Assembly: GCF_031769215.1 (NCBI RefSeq)
Contig: NW_026782387.1
Coordinates: forward strand, 186,001 to 250,000
Length of the DNA stretch: 64,000 nucleotides
Source of the DNA: Ylistrum balloti
Taxonomy: Eukaryota
Direction of reading: 5' to 3'
A program made the position numbers and the translations under genes. Numbering within the stretch: the first letter of the stretch is position 1; every line of letters starts with the position of its first letter. The notes under the pieces are model-generated. The model had not been told where the DNA came from. It worked only from the letters and a program-made list of their open reading frames with translations, and searched no databases. Positions 1 to 13,761 of this stretch are shown here, one piece after another.

Positions 1-69
1 TCAAAGGAAGGGTGTGGATTTATTTCTGATATTTATGGTAAACTCTCCAATGTAAATCACCAGTGTCTG

Positions 70-670
70 TAGTCATTTTCATTTAAGAGATCACCTGTCT
101 ACAGCAACCACTTGTCAGAAACTTGTAAAGTGTTGTCACTTACCTAAACTATAATCACACTCACATTTTAAACTGACAGTCTAAATAAACTACCTCATCT
201 GTAACAGAATTACATATAATAGTGACCATGATAGACTATTTATGTAACTACCACCTGTCTATAAGGACCATCTGGCTATAACTGCTGCCTGCCTATAAGG
301 ACCAAATGAGTTTAACTTCCACTTACCTTTAAGAACCACCTTGTATACCTACCACATGTCTATAAGGACCACCTGCCTGTAAAGACCAAATAAACTTCCA
401 CCTATGTTTAAGAACCACCCTGTATACCTACCACCTGTCTATAAGGACCACATGAGTGTACCTTTCACCTGTGTATTAATACCACCTGTCTATAAGGACA
501 ACTGTGTATAACTGCCATGTCTGTAAGGATCATTTATGTATTACTACAACCTGTCTATAAGAATAAGCTGTGCAAAACTGCTGTATATCTTCTATATGGT
601 TCACCTGAATGTATCGAACACCTGTCTATAAAGAACATGTTTATAACTACCATCTGCCTCTTATAGCGCA
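70..670. repeat. Degenerate tandem array with ACCACCTGTCTATAAGGACC core, likely derived from a non-autonomous DNA transposon
   Basis: More than ten imperfect copies of cctgtctataaggacc at irregular spacing; the motif resembles internal repeats of pogo/Tigger-like MITEs (recognised from memory). Confidence 0.55.
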
Positions 671-1252
671 ACTTGTCAATATCTGTTCAAAGCTGTAGAA
701 TGAAAGAATGAGGAAATAGGGAATGATATTTACAATAAAGTGGAATTTTTGTTCATTTCTGTTGGGGAAAACTGCTGCTAAAGGACAGCATGATAAACAA
801 TGATCTAGAGAGTAACAGCAATGAATAAGAACTGAAGGAAAAACAGACATAAACTGTTTAGATATGAAAAAGGAGAAAATGAAAGTGGATGGTAACTTAC
901 AACATCCTCTTTTTGATGTTGTAGGCATTTTATTGTCCACGAAAATAAAAAGAAATGTCAGGGATTTGGGATTAGATACACTGAAGATGTAAAAATGTCT
1001 GTGTTGGGCATTTCCATTACTCCAGATCTCTAACATTTCTCGTTACGACACAATTACATGTTCCATATCATAGTCTCTGTTTTCACTATATGTCACTTAG
1101 TGATTGGAGTGTACAGTAGCACTCCATAAATTCTTACAACACTAAAGGAAGAACAAGTTATAAATCTGGACAATCAAAAAGGCCTTTTGAGACACTGAAA
1201 CTGAGAAAATTTAATCATGTAGCAAGAAAATGCTCTTGTTATGCATACTCAC

Positions 1253-1513
1253 CAAACTGACAGTCAGGTGTCTTTGGTCCATGCATGGTAGTGCCCTCAA
1301 CACGGTTACCATTGGGGAACACGCACCAGCATTCATCGATGCCAGGCTCTCCTCGACACTGTAGACGTTCATAAGCACCATCCAATGTACATCTTGGTAC
1401 ATAAGATTTTGTTATCCTGACGTAATCTGTATCTTTTACAGAATTTCGCAATCGTTCACATTCTGAAAGTGGTCTAGTAGACTGTGGCTGTGTTGTATCC
1501 TTCCCTAAGAAAT
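1253..1513 (-). CDS. Internal coding exon, thyroglobulin type-1 (TY) domain of a secreted proteoglycan-like protein
   Basis: Acceptor ttattttcag| at 1514 and donor |GTGAGT at 1252; 261 nt, symmetric phase 1-1. Peptide (D)FLGKDTTQPQSTRPLSECERLRNSVKDTDYVRITKSYVPRCTLDGAYERLQCRGEPGIDECWCVFPNGNRVEGTTMHGPKTPDCQF has the six TY cysteines, PxC..DG..Y...QC and CWCV..NG motifs. Confidence 0.92.
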
Positions 1514-1794
1514 CTGAAAATAACATTTATGACATATTCAGAGTCTTGACAAGTTTTTTTTTTTGTTGTCCCTACACCGTAGATCTGACCATTAGACCAT
1601 TCAACCAGTGATTTCAAGGACAAACATGGCTACGTCAAATATTACAGGAAACAAATTATATCACAGAGAAGAAAACATAAGGTTTTCCTACATTTTTCTT
1701 GTACACAAGATCAGTATATACATTTCTTCTCATACGTGATTAGAGAAATCTTCATTGCTAACAAGTGCTGAATATTTCTGTCCTGTCTATTCCA

Positions 1795-1870
1795 GGACAG
1801 GTCAAGACGGGACCGGACAAACAGACAGGACGGGACGGGACGGGATTGGACAGGACGGGATGGGACAAAC
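1795..1870. repeat. Degenerate (GGGAC/GGACA)n pentanucleotide microsatellite
   Basis: ggacgggacgggacgggattggacaggacgggatgggac, within the intron between the two coding exons. Confidence 0.8.
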
Positions 1871-1908
1871 AGGTGTAAAACTATATGGCATCCCTATGTG
1901 TTTCATAC

Positions 1909-2044
1909 CTTTATTCAAACCAGATCCTGATATTCCAATGTCTTCTTCATCAACATCATCATCTGCAGATCCTTCCAATAGGTCCTCGTCATCTGATACT
2001 ATTACTCCATTTCCACTTCCATTATGTTCTAGTTCTGCACCATC
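1909..2044 (-). CDS. Internal coding exon, acidic Ser-Gly region (putative GAG attachment)
   Basis: Acceptor gatgtgttgtag| and donor AAAG|GTATGA; 136 nt, phase 0 to 1, joins in frame to the TY exon (G+AT = Asp). Peptide DGAELEHNGSGNGVIVSDDEDLLEGSADDDVDEEDIGISGSGLNK has three SG dipeptides in a D/E cluster. Confidence 0.85.
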
Positions 2045-3135
2045 CTACAACACATCATCCGACAATGTAAATGATGAAGTCAACATGTGATTTCATTAAC
2101 CCTAACCTATACAAACACAATACTTACCCTATCTCAAATACAGACAATATTAACCCTAACCCAAAGAAAATATTAATGAGGTCAACACATAATTTTGTTA
2201 ACCCATACACAGACAATCATTCCCCCAAAATTGATGTAATCAGTGAGTTAATCAACCCTATAACCTACACAATCATATTGTTTTGTCACTTGTACTCTTG
2301 CCTTTTGATCATATAGACACTGCTGTAAAGTTTCATTGAATCCAACCTTTTATTTTTCTAGAAAACTTTTATTTCAAGAACATGAAAATTTGTAGGATCC
2401 ATCCATTGTGAAACCAATTTTCATAAGCAAAATGAAACTTTTGAGATCTATGCACACAAATATATCTGATAGTTTCAAACAGGATGGGCCTAATTTATTA
2501 TCAAATAAACTCAAAAAAAATAAAAGGATAGACATTAGGGACTGGTTGCATATTGTCAATACACCAAATCACAGCTGGAAACAATAATAAAAAGATGACT
2601 CAGAAAACGTAGGAAATGCTTGTGCAAACAAAATAATATCCGGTTAGTTAGAGTAATTTCATCGCAACAGGATATCAGTGACTGGTGATGTCTAGAAGTC
2701 AACAAGTATTAAAGTATCTTGGTAAATACAATATGACACCCCTAAATATACCAATTATGTCTTATTCACAGGTGAACGATAATATGTGCGTCTATTATAT
2801 AAACATTACAAAAGAAGTTGCCCATTAAATGGTTGCACTTGGGTAAATACACTATACTGCACCCATGTCTTATACACAAGTACAAAATACAAAAGAAAAA
2901 GAAAAAAACAATCAAGATAAGATCTGCAGTAAACCTATTCAGCTCCTTCTTAATCTTCCACCAGCCCCCTTTTCTATTTTCTAGGTTAAGCTCCAGGTAA
3001 AGTCATACAAAATGCTACATCATGTTGGTGTAATAGATCAAGGTTAGATACATAACAATTGGAGCAAACATCCGTCTTCTACTGAGACATCTCTACACCA
3101 TCGACATCTCTACACCATCGACATTTCCTTACAAT

Positions 3136-3642
3136 GCCCCAGATGAATACTATAATAGACACACCAATGTACCCTGAAATTCCCCAGATGAATACTATAA
3201 TAGACACACCAATGTACCCTTAAATTCCCCAGATGAATACTATAATAGACACACCAATGTACCCTTAAATTCCCCAGATGAATACCATAATAGGCACACC
3301 AATGTACCCTTAAATTCCCCAGATGATTACTGTAATAAAAAACACCAATGTACCCTTAAATTCCCCAGATGAATACTATAATAGACACACAAAGTACCCT
3401 TAAATTCCCCAGATGAATACTATAATAGACACACCAATGTACCCTTAAATTCCCCAGATGATTACTGTAATAAAAAACACCAATGTACCCTGAAATTCCC
3501 CAGATGAATACTATAATAGACACACCAATGTACCCTTAAATTCCCCAGATGATTACTGTAATAAAAAACACCAATGTACCCTTAAATTCCCCAGATGAAT
3601 ACTATAATAGACACACCAATGTACCCTTAAATTCCCCAGATG
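3136..3642. repeat. 45-bp minisatellite, about 11 copies
   Basis: Unit cccagatgaatactataatagacacaccaatgtacccttaaattc (period 3141, 3186, 3231); interspersed 46-bp variants. Confidence 0.95.
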
Positions 3643-4669
3643 TTAACCACAATAAATACACCAGTCTCATGAACATAAAATGGAAACCTTACAAAAGCAT
3701 CTTCTAGAACCATGTTGGTAAATCCATACTGGTTGTATTTAAAGGCAATTTCATTCTCCACATTTTGAAATAACAAACTTTAATTGCCAGATTTATTAAA
3801 ACTACTGAAGCCTTATCTATAATAGCACAGATAAGACTATTAGTTAAATGACAGACTTCATGTAACAATTACAGATAATATGATGTTTAACAAATCAATA
3901 TCTCTATGCACAGGCCTGTTAGTGTGCTATCAAATTTATATATTTTATTTGTTTATTTATTTCATTTTATTTACTTTGTGTTTTTTTCATTTCATGTAAA
4001 TGAAATATTACTGACAAATTTTGCTGCCAGTAATTAAATAAAGCTATTGGTTGATTGCATGACACATGTCCATCAATTTAAGACCCGTTTCTTAAAAACC
4101 AACAGTAAAGCCTGGCTGTGACTTCCCTACATCTTTACTATTGACCAAAACCTAGCCATTTCTAACCTGACACCAGCATATACAGTTGTTATTTGTTAAT
4201 GATGAATATAAAACATACACAGGTCAATTGTTCAGCAAGGACTCTACATACAAACTACTTTTCTCTACTTTCTTCCCAGACTCCTTACTTCCCCATTCAG
4301 TACATCAGTTAAGACTAAATGACAGCCATAGCTAAAATTGAACATTTGGGGAAGCCAGGCGCACATCTTCTCTATCTTGTCCCAGGAGATGGGACATAAG
4401 AATAAAATAACTCCATCCAGACAGGGCTGCATGCTATCTGGTTACAGAGTTTACATATGGTTAATGTAAGTATAATATCAAAAATAAAAACCAGAAACTT
4501 TTCAACTCTTCCATATTCTTCACATGATCTATTTAGTTAACAGTGATACATAAACCTTTTGAGATGAACCAACCAGTCCAATCAACCAATTGGATTTAAA
4601 GCATATCCATCAACCAATTACAGTTGTGCAATAACCAATTGAATTCCTAGGACAGCGATCAACTATGCA

Positions 4670-4929
4670 GTCACTACCTGATACTGATGTATGCTGGGTA
4701 ATGTTGTCACTACCTGATAATGATGTATGCTGGGTAATGTTGTCACTACCCAATACTGATGAAAGCTGGGTAATGTTGTCACTACCCAATACTGATGAAA
4801 GCTGGGTAATGTTGTCACTACCCGATACTGATGTATGCTGGGTAATGTTGTCACTACCCGATACTGATGTATGCTGGGTAATGTTGTTACTACCCGATAC
4901 TGATGTATGCTGGGTAATATTGTCACTAC
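4670..4929. repeat. 36-bp minisatellite, about 7 copies
   Basis: Unit atactgatgtatgctgggtaatgttgtcactaccyg. Confidence 0.95.
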
Positions 4930-6367
4930 TTGATATGAACAACTCAAAGAACTCGCATGTACAATGTCTAACAAACATCAACTTACTTCAATGACCATCT
5001 GCAAGGTATTGGTTCAGCGAAGTACACATGGCTAAATTACATCCACACCAAACATGGCTTGAAGCGAAAAATCAATGTCCATGAAGACAACTATTGCCTT
5101 TTAACACCTAGCAGGAGTTATATTAATTAAAGTTGATTTAATAATGCCACAGTAATCTGGACACAAGGTACAGAGAACAGTATAGGTGCTGGATTAACAA
5201 AGCTTCACTGGCCACCAGGGAAGCAAAGAAAGTCATTGGGAATTTTCAGTGACATTTTAGAAAACCTTTTACACTTAGTAAAGAGCTTATGGATGTTGAA
5301 ATCTGTGGTTACTGACTCTATATACCCTTCAGATACAGTGTTAATACAGTGTACAATTCTAGCTTCCAGACCATCTATTTTTTCTTTTGTCTGATATAAA
5401 ATCCTCCTTACTGTTTATGGCAGCAGGACATGAAATGTACATTTTTCACGACTTTATTTCTCTTACTCTTGACTTCTGTTTGCACATTACCTTTTTGAAA
5501 TAAATTCAGTGTTTTTCTTAGTTTGGGAAATTGCCGTCTGGCAGAAATTGGGATTTTATTGTGAAAACTGATGGCTGAACTTGGGTCCTCATTTACTAGT
5601 AAAAAAGGACATCAAATTTGAAGATTTTGAAAATTCTATTGACTTTATTTAGATACTGGGAGTAAAAACAATGAAATTGGTTATTCAGAGACTACATAAC
5701 TGTATCTAGTTTGTGATACTGGCAGGCAAAGCCCTGTCTCTTTCATGGTGCACATCATTATTTCAGCATGGGAATTAAAACCCTTCTCGATACATATCAG
5801 CTTTAGAATTACACACCCTGCATTAGCTAAAAGCTGGAAAATAAAGGAAAATCTCTGTCCTAGAGATCTCCTACTTAATTTCAATTCTTCTGCATCAAGT
5901 TGCAATGTGAAATTCAAATCTACAGTAGCTCACGTGGTACCAGCACCTTCATCTCAATCTCTAAATCTATATGATATCAAAAGATAATCATATGGCCACT
6001 TCTTCCTAAACACCTCTGGTTGGACTTAAATTTTTCTAGTGCTGATATGCAAATCTAAGGTTAGGTTATTGTCAAATGTTAAGTATAACTTTCATTCTAT
6101 CTACTATCAATAAAACCTAAAAGTCAGGAATAACCAGGCATGTTCCACTCAGATAAGGATTGTGAAGGTCAACATATACTCGTCAAAGGTTATTTTGAAG
6201 ATAAAACAAAATTAAAAAACAAAAAAAATAGAGAAAACCATAATATTTTTTAAATCTTCCACAATGTATCCTTCTTGCTGCAAGATTTCAGTAAGAACTG
6301 AAAAGTTCTTCCATCCAAATAATTAGCCAGTAATTTTAAGGGTTGTTCTTGTTAAATAATGATGATA

Positions 6368-7506
6368 AGGGCAGCTATAGATTGTGCAGAATAGACATGA
6401 ATTATCCAGGGCAGCTATAGATTGTGTAGAATAAACATGGATTATCCAGGGCAGCTATAGATTGTGTAGAATAAACATGGATTATCCAGGGCAGATACAG
6501 ATTGTGTAGAATAGACATGGATTATCCAGGGCAGATACAGATTGTGTAGAATAGACATGGATTATCCAGGGCAGCTACAGATTGTGTAGAATAGACATGG
6601 ATTATCCAGGGCAGATACAGATTGTGCAGAATAGACATGGATTATCCAGGGCAGCTATAGATTGTGTAGAATAAACATGGATTATCCAGGGCAGCTATAG
6701 ATTGTGTAGAATAGACATGGATTATCCAGGGCAGATACAGATTGTGCAGAATAGACATGGATTATCCAGGGCAGATACAGATTGTGTAGAATAGACATGG
6801 ATTATCCAGGGCAGATACAGATTGTGTAGAATAGACATGGATTTTCCAGGGCAGATACAGTTTGTGTAGAATAAACATGGATTATCCAGGGCAGATACAG
6901 ATTGTGTAGAATAAACATGGATCATCCAGGGCAGCTATAGATTGTGCAGAATAGACATGGATTATCCAGGGCAGCTATAGATTGTGCAGAATAGACATGG
7001 ATTATCCAGGGCAGATACAGATTGTGTAGAATAGACATGGATTATCCAGGGCAGCTATAGATTGTGTAGAATAGACATGGATTATCCAGGGCAGCTATAG
7101 ATTGTGTAGAATAGACATGGATTATCCAGGGCAGCTATAGATTGTGCAGAATAGACATGGATTATCCAGGGCAGCTATAGATTGTGCAGAATAGACATGG
7201 ATTATCCAGGGCAGCTATAGATTGTGTAGAATAGACATGGATTATCCAGGGCAGATACAGATTGTGTAGAATAGACATGGATTATCCAGGGCAGATACAG
7301 ATTGTGTAGAATAGACATGAATTATCCAGGGCAGCTATAGATTGTGCAGAATAAACATGGATTATCCAGGGCAGATACAGATTATGCAGAATAAACATGG
7401 ATTATCCAGGGCAGATACAGATTATGCAGAATAAACATGGATTATCCAGGGCAGCTATAGATTGTGTAGAATAAACATGGATTATCCAGGGCAGATACAG
7501 ATTGCA
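6368..7506. repeat. 40-bp minisatellite, about 28 copies
   Basis: Unit agggcagmtayagattgtgyagaatagacatggattatcc; highly homogeneous. Confidence 0.97.
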
Positions 7507-10144
7507 CAGGAAAGATACATTTTGTTATGGGCAGATTTGGACTGTTTTGGGGTAGATATAGATTGTGCAGTATTGATATGGTTTTTACTGGAAAAATATA
7601 AACTACATAGGATAGATATATAGGATAACAATGAACAGGACATCATCGATTGTAAAGAGCAGTATCTAGATTATTCTAGGAAGATAATGAGTTGGAAGAA
7701 AAACAGACCAATATATTCACAGTATAAATACATCCTTATACATACTAAATGGAATGACATGCTAAATAACCCCACGTCTCAAACCTGTATAATATATTAT
7801 CTTTGTAACTTGCATGACATCAAACAGACATAAATAAACAAATAATACTTTGATAAAGGAATTTCTTTTTTCAATTACTGTTTTTCTTTATAAAGGGACA
7901 GGTTTTACTTTTCAATTTATCATGCATCAAATGTAATATATAATTATATGACACCAAATGACTGTGGAAAGATCAGTTCACTTCATAAGTTGATCACATC
8001 TTGTCAATCCTTCAACATTCCAACCTTGTATAACCCTGAAATACCAACAGTCCTAACGACTGATTTTAACACTGATGGCTTCATGCCCTTTTTTTTTTTT
8101 TGGTTGACTTATTTTTTAACCTTGTGTTTTCAGGCCAGGTATGTTAAAATCCTGGCCCTTTGATCTTGTACACATCAAAAGTATGCAATACACACCTGTA
8201 AAGGTAATCAGTTGCCATAGTTACTAACAGCAACTTGTGCTATTGATGTGCCAGGGCCAAACATTCACAACCATAGTTAGCTAATAGGTAAACAACACAG
8301 GTTCTCAAAATCATTTATTTCATTACTTCTAAAAATAATTCAAACATTTTAGTTTATTTTTCTTAAAAAAAAATCATTTCAGATCCTAATAAATTACATC
8401 CTGAGTTTGAATTTCAGTATTTTTGAGATAACTTTAAGGTTTATAATATTGTTAAGTTAACTACACTTCAAATTTGAACACTAGGCCCAGACGTCTCGGT
8501 AACAAGAAAACTTCACCAGATGGCTGTTACGTTAGAGGATTCAAGCTATACAATGAAGTCTATATTTAATCGTAAAATGGAAATAGAGAGGACTTCGGTT
8601 TGTAAACAAAGTGATGATATATATATATATTGTAGTTGCTTATTTCAAAAATTAAGAGACAAACTGTTGATACACCAAAGGTTTGACAGGTAGTTAACTG
8701 AAAACTAACATTTCTTTCAATTCAGGTCACATTCCAGTTGCTAGTTTGGATCTTTTGGCCTAAAAACTCTGATTCAAAATATCACATATTCCAGTTGTCT
8801 TGCACAAAGCAGACAACCAAACTGATGAATCTGTAATAAAAACAAGACCTGTTATTCTTAGACGTTTTAACCATCTCTCTGTAGAAGCTTGACATATCTA
8901 GTAGGACACTGAATGTCCCCAGATATTACACACCATTACAATGTAAATACCTCGCTGTTCTGCTCAAATTTCCCACAACAAAATAAACATGATGAATCTT
9001 TCCGCTCGAATACTTTTAAAGTGTCTATGTACCGATATTTCTCTATATAGTGAATAACACAAACCTGCTTTTTTATTCATGGCAATTTGCCAAGTCAACT
9101 GACATACAAACCAACTTGGTGACAAACATTTGCCTGACCTTTGCTCATACAGCTAAGCGACAACTACTGTGTCTATTTTCCAGTTTCATTTAACCTTAAA
9201 AAACAGGTCGCAATGTAGTACTTTTCAATGGTTGAATGTCAAGGAGTTATTTGTCCTATACAACCAGTTTATACATTTTGATAATTCATATTTGAATGTT
9301 GAACATCTTTAAATAAAGTGTTTAAACTATTGCGTAGTTCATAAAGCATTTAAAATCAATTTTACTCCTGAAAAGTTGATTTAGGTTGACTATGGTACAG
9401 AACAAACTTGATTAACTACACTGAAACAATTGAAACCATATTCCATTCCTAGAGATGTGTTGAAGTTTATATGATATTGTGTTAGATATATGCAGATAGG
9501 TCTATATTATGATCTGAATGTAATATGTATAAAACTTCAAATTAAATTTAATTTATTCATTTAAGATAACAATTAAATTTAAAACAGAGGCTATGTGCAG
9601 GAAACAATATGCATCATGCATTATAGTTCATCCCATCTGCTTGTGAGTTTAGAAGACTTAACAGAAACCTACACCACAAGTTCTTTCCCACAGAATATAT
9701 CAGACAGGATTTATAGCATTACAGAGAACAGAGCATAATGTTATTTAAACTATTGCATTTATAAGTCCATAGTAAAATGGGAAAGCACCTTGTAACCAAT
9801 TACTGAAATTTCTTGGAGTCTTTCCAAAGCTTCAGCTATTACAGATACATTTATATAATACCTGGCTTCCTTGTAATGCTAGGCTTGCTCTGAACGCAGG
9901 AGGAAAATGTGTGTGATGCTCAGGTCTGAAGCTCAGCACACACAGCCTGCATTTCTGTTAACTAACCTCATCCGACAACCTCAAGATTGAAATGTGGTTA
10001 TCGTGTGCACATTTGAATTGTCCAGAAGAAATCTGTTAAAGGTTGGGGTATGGGGATAAGTTACTGTTTTTCACTATGGCAACAAAATTTTCATGATGCT
10101 TTCCATGATATATATACATAGAGATTTGTAGACTGGTTATTTAC

Positions 10145-10328
10145 TCAAGAGGGGTTTGTGATGGCCAAGAGGTTAGGGCATTCAAGGCCTACATGGGGCA
10201 GCTGCCAGGTACTGGCTGCAGGTCCGAGGTTTTTGTTTGGAACTCACACTTTCCTCTACCATCCAAACCTGGCATGTTCATGGATGACCCTGGCTGTTAA
10301 CAGGACGTAAAGCCAGGACAAACTAATC
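10145..10328 (+). mobile_element. tRNA-derived SINE with 7-bp target-site duplication
   Basis: A-box-like TGGCCAAGAGGTTAGGGC at the 5' end; body tttcctctaccatccaaacctggca...atgaccctggctgttaacaggacgt resembles mollusc SINE tails (from memory); direct repeat TATTTAC at 10138-10144 and 10329-10335. Confidence 0.7.
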
Positions 10329-12214
10329 TATTTACGCAGGACTAAACACTAACACAGGATCGAGTCAATAAGAACATGAGAGGTTAATCACAGAGTTAAC
10401 AAGATGGTCCCAGGACAATGAGACTACAAAGAATAGTAACAGCAATATAGGACTGTTGAGGAACCAAAGTTTCTACTATTTTATCACCTCCAAGAGTTCA
10501 AGGATCACCACAGGCTGTGACTATTACTAACACAACATCAACAACACACCAAGGCAAACAAATAGCATCTCTGTCAAATATGAAACAGCTGACATTTCCA
10601 CTATAAATATTTCTACATGTTAATTTTGATAACAGAACGAGTTGTCAATCAAATCTATCTGCCATAATGGCATGTATTCATTAATGTCTGTATGCTGGAT
10701 CAAATTATCAACACTTCCAGCTCCCTGTATCTTCTTCTGGGTCTCATGTTAAAAACATAGATCTACTTTACTTAACCTTAAGTCAACGGGGCTAACAAAG
10801 CTTTTCATGCAATCAAAATTACTGGCTAAGTTGTTTCATAACAGAGCATTGAAGTAACAATTGTTCAGAATTCCCCTGACAGGGCTTCTCTAGCTCATTC
10901 TGCATGGTTCCACATTCCCTATCCATGCTGGTTAAATTTCCCAGAGAGCTGAGAAAAGGACAATTTTGTCCTATCATAGTTATGTCCTTGGGCAAGTCAT
11001 TTTTTTTTCTAATTGCTCTGGGTGGCATATGATAGGACTCCTGCATGTTGTTCAGTGAGGTAGCAACCAGCTACTAAAAGATGACCTTACTCAAAATGAC
11101 TTATGGGTTAAAAACAGCATTAGATATGCTTGGGCTTATCATCTGACATGAGCTTGTTGTCATATGCACGCAATCCAGTAATTTTTGAGTGGATAGGGAC
11201 AGTTTGTTACATTATACTATTGTCAGCCCTACGGAACGCCAAATCAATTTTAAAGAAAATAGATTTCCTACACATTTTAAACTGTTTTTTTTTTTTTTTT
11301 TTCATTTTGAATTTGCACTCTTACACAGTTCAGTAGGGATTCAAAAGAGCAATACGCTGTATTTATCCTGCAACAGAACTATGGGGCAGGGGGCCAACAA
11401 TCTCCAACAAGAGTTTATAACAAGACAAGGATTTAGCATTGAGAGTATTTCTACTAAAACTATTACCAAGCATCAGCAAGCTGTTTTTCGGTTTTTTTTT
11501 CTAATGGGAGAATAAACAAATTTTTCACTGCCTTTCATTAACGGGGATAGTCCTGAAGAAGGCCAAAAAGGCCCTGTATTCCAACATAAAGTTGCTAAAA
11601 ACTGAAGCATTACTCCTCTGAATAAGAAGATATACGGTTTGATACAGCACATTTGTGTCCAGTATGTATGAATAATCAACAGTATGACAAGTGACTGTAA
11701 TACATCCTACCCTGCTTAAGTTTCTCTTTAATCTATAGGAGCCCACACCTAGCCTAATTTGTACCTAATGGTCCCTGGGACACAGTAATTCACCATTAAT
11801 TACTACTGGTACATTGGATACCAACACACCATTATTGTTCCTGACTAACCCTACATTACACAGGTATATATATGGTGTATAATGTTGATATAATGACTAC
11901 TGACAGACCAGTATGGTGTGTTAAAACCATTCAACCAGACAAGACATCTGATGTTACCAAAATATAGGGGAACCTGTCCAGATCCACTACATGATTATAC
12001 AAATTTAGCAAACCTGGCCAACATTCAGGTCCTCTGCTTTTTGTTTCTCTCATACTTTTCCATGCCTACCATATTTTTGTTTTATCACCTTGCAAACAGC
12101 CTTGCCAAAGGATGCAACCACCTTAGCAGAATTGGGTCCATTTTTCTAAGTTTTCTGGATAGTGAACAATCAACCACAGACCTCAGATCTTCACCTGAGT
12201 GAGTGAGAAATCAA

Positions 12215-12352
12215 TGCCTCCGTCTACCTTCACCTGTGCTTACGCAGACCAACACTCCAACCCACAAGCTATTGCAGCCCCCGCCTACCTTCACTTGAAG
12301 TTACGTAGATCAACCCTCCAACAGAGTAGCTATCGAGGCCTCCGCCTACCAT
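12215..12352. repeat. Diverged tandem repeat of about 61 bp, 2+ copies
   Basis: cctccgtctaccttcacc, cccccgcctaccttcact and cctccgcctacc recur at about 61-bp spacing. Confidence 0.7.
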
Positions 12353-13660
12353 ATACCTAAACCACAGTAAACACATGGATCTATCACATAAACTCTAACT
12401 AGGGAAGTTTGGAGTGTGACAGAATTTGTTACTATTCTACTGAAAATGAAAATTATGAAGGTGGAATTATTACCAGAAATTTTTTCTCTTGAGCATGAAT
12501 CACTCTGTTGGTGAGATGAAAGGTATTATACATAGGGTAAAACCTGTAGGGAGATAGTTCTAATTTTTTGTACAGAAATGCCAAGACTATTTTATATAAC
12601 TGCAATTTGTACTCATGTTCATCCTCATTAAATCTTATCTATTACAGAACAAATCCCTACAGCTATAATCAGACTTAAAATAAAAACACAGTTTAGAAAA
12701 TATAGGAACTTTTTAACAAGCTAAATTTGTGTAAAGAAGGCAATCAATTATTTTAAAGCTTGCATATATAGTACTATCAGCTATCTACAGCTGTTAAGGA
12801 TTGTGAAAAAAGACACATTTCAGAAATTCCTGGAATTTTTCACAGGCTAAATTTGTGTATAGAAGATAATCGATTATTTTTGTTACACCTATTACCAAGC
12901 CTTGTATACCTATGAAAACTGAGCCAAAATTGTCAATATTTAATGTCAAGTACCTTCAGGTAGGGGAGCAGTCAGGAGATGATACAAAAATCTATGCAAC
13001 TGGATAGGCTTGCTTACATTATATGTATTCATGTCAACTCACTTGTAATCAATGCCCGTCAAATTAATATTTTCTTACATGGTACCTTGGTACCATGGTA
13101 AATTATACAGCAGAGCAAGAACAATAAATATAGAGGCTGCCCATCTACATTAGACAAGGTAGAATGTGCTTTCACTATACCACACACTTATAGTCACTAC
13201 AAATAATGATACTTCGTACAGGTCATAATTAATGGCTGTCGAAATCATCAGACCACCATACATGATTCAGTAGAAGTAGGACTATAGGTAGATTGATGTT
13301 CAAAAAACATGCCAGTTTCCTTTATACTAGACCAGGTGGTAAAATTATTTGAAAAGCGTTATGTATGTTTCATGTGATAAGACAATTGTGTGGACTTTAA
13401 TATCTATAGTGTTAGAACAATAACTTGAACTTTTATGTTTTGTGTGTTAGGACAGTTGTGCGAACTTTTAATGTTTTGTGAGTTAGGACAATTGTGTGAA
13501 TGCTATTTTTATTTAAACCTTAAAATCATCCTGCATACAATTGCAAATGATGGTTCTAGATGATCTGTTTCAGTCACAAACACATGAAAGGCAGGTACTC
13601 GTAAAAAACTTAGTACCATCTCGTACGCTTCCTGTTTTTTTTTTTATGTTTTTTTTTTAT

Positions 13661-13761
13661 CCTGCCATTTTTTTTTGTCCACATATAAGCCACACCAGTA
13701 TATATAAGCCGCATGCCTGACTCACAAGGAAAACAGAAGCCGTTATAATCCAGAAAATAGG
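13661..13761 (+). mobile_element. End fragment of a pogo/Tigger-like MITE (copy 1)
   Basis: tataagcc(a/g)ca motifs and terminal ttataatccagaaaatagg; clearly aligns by eye with the reverse complement of 36692-36792. Confidence 0.6.

Noticed and set aside
165-198. Possible next exon after the TY exon ((D)EVVYLDCQFK)
   Set aside because: The phase fits, but it lies inside the degenerate repeat at 70-670 and is probably chance.
895-940. GTAAGT donor at 900 preceded by MPTTSKRGC
   Set aside because: No usable acceptor upstream in the required phase.
1755-2090. Plus-strand 111-aa Ser-rich ORF
   Set aside because: It is the antisense shadow of the real acidic exon plus a microsatellite.
2097-2162. 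Telomere-like TAACCCTAACC pieces
   Set aside because: Only two units each, embedded in a degenerate local duplication; too short to call an interstitial telomere.
13078-13097. Perfect 9-bp hairpin catggtacc-tt-ggtaccatg
   Set aside because: A single short palindrome is expected by chance in 64 kb.
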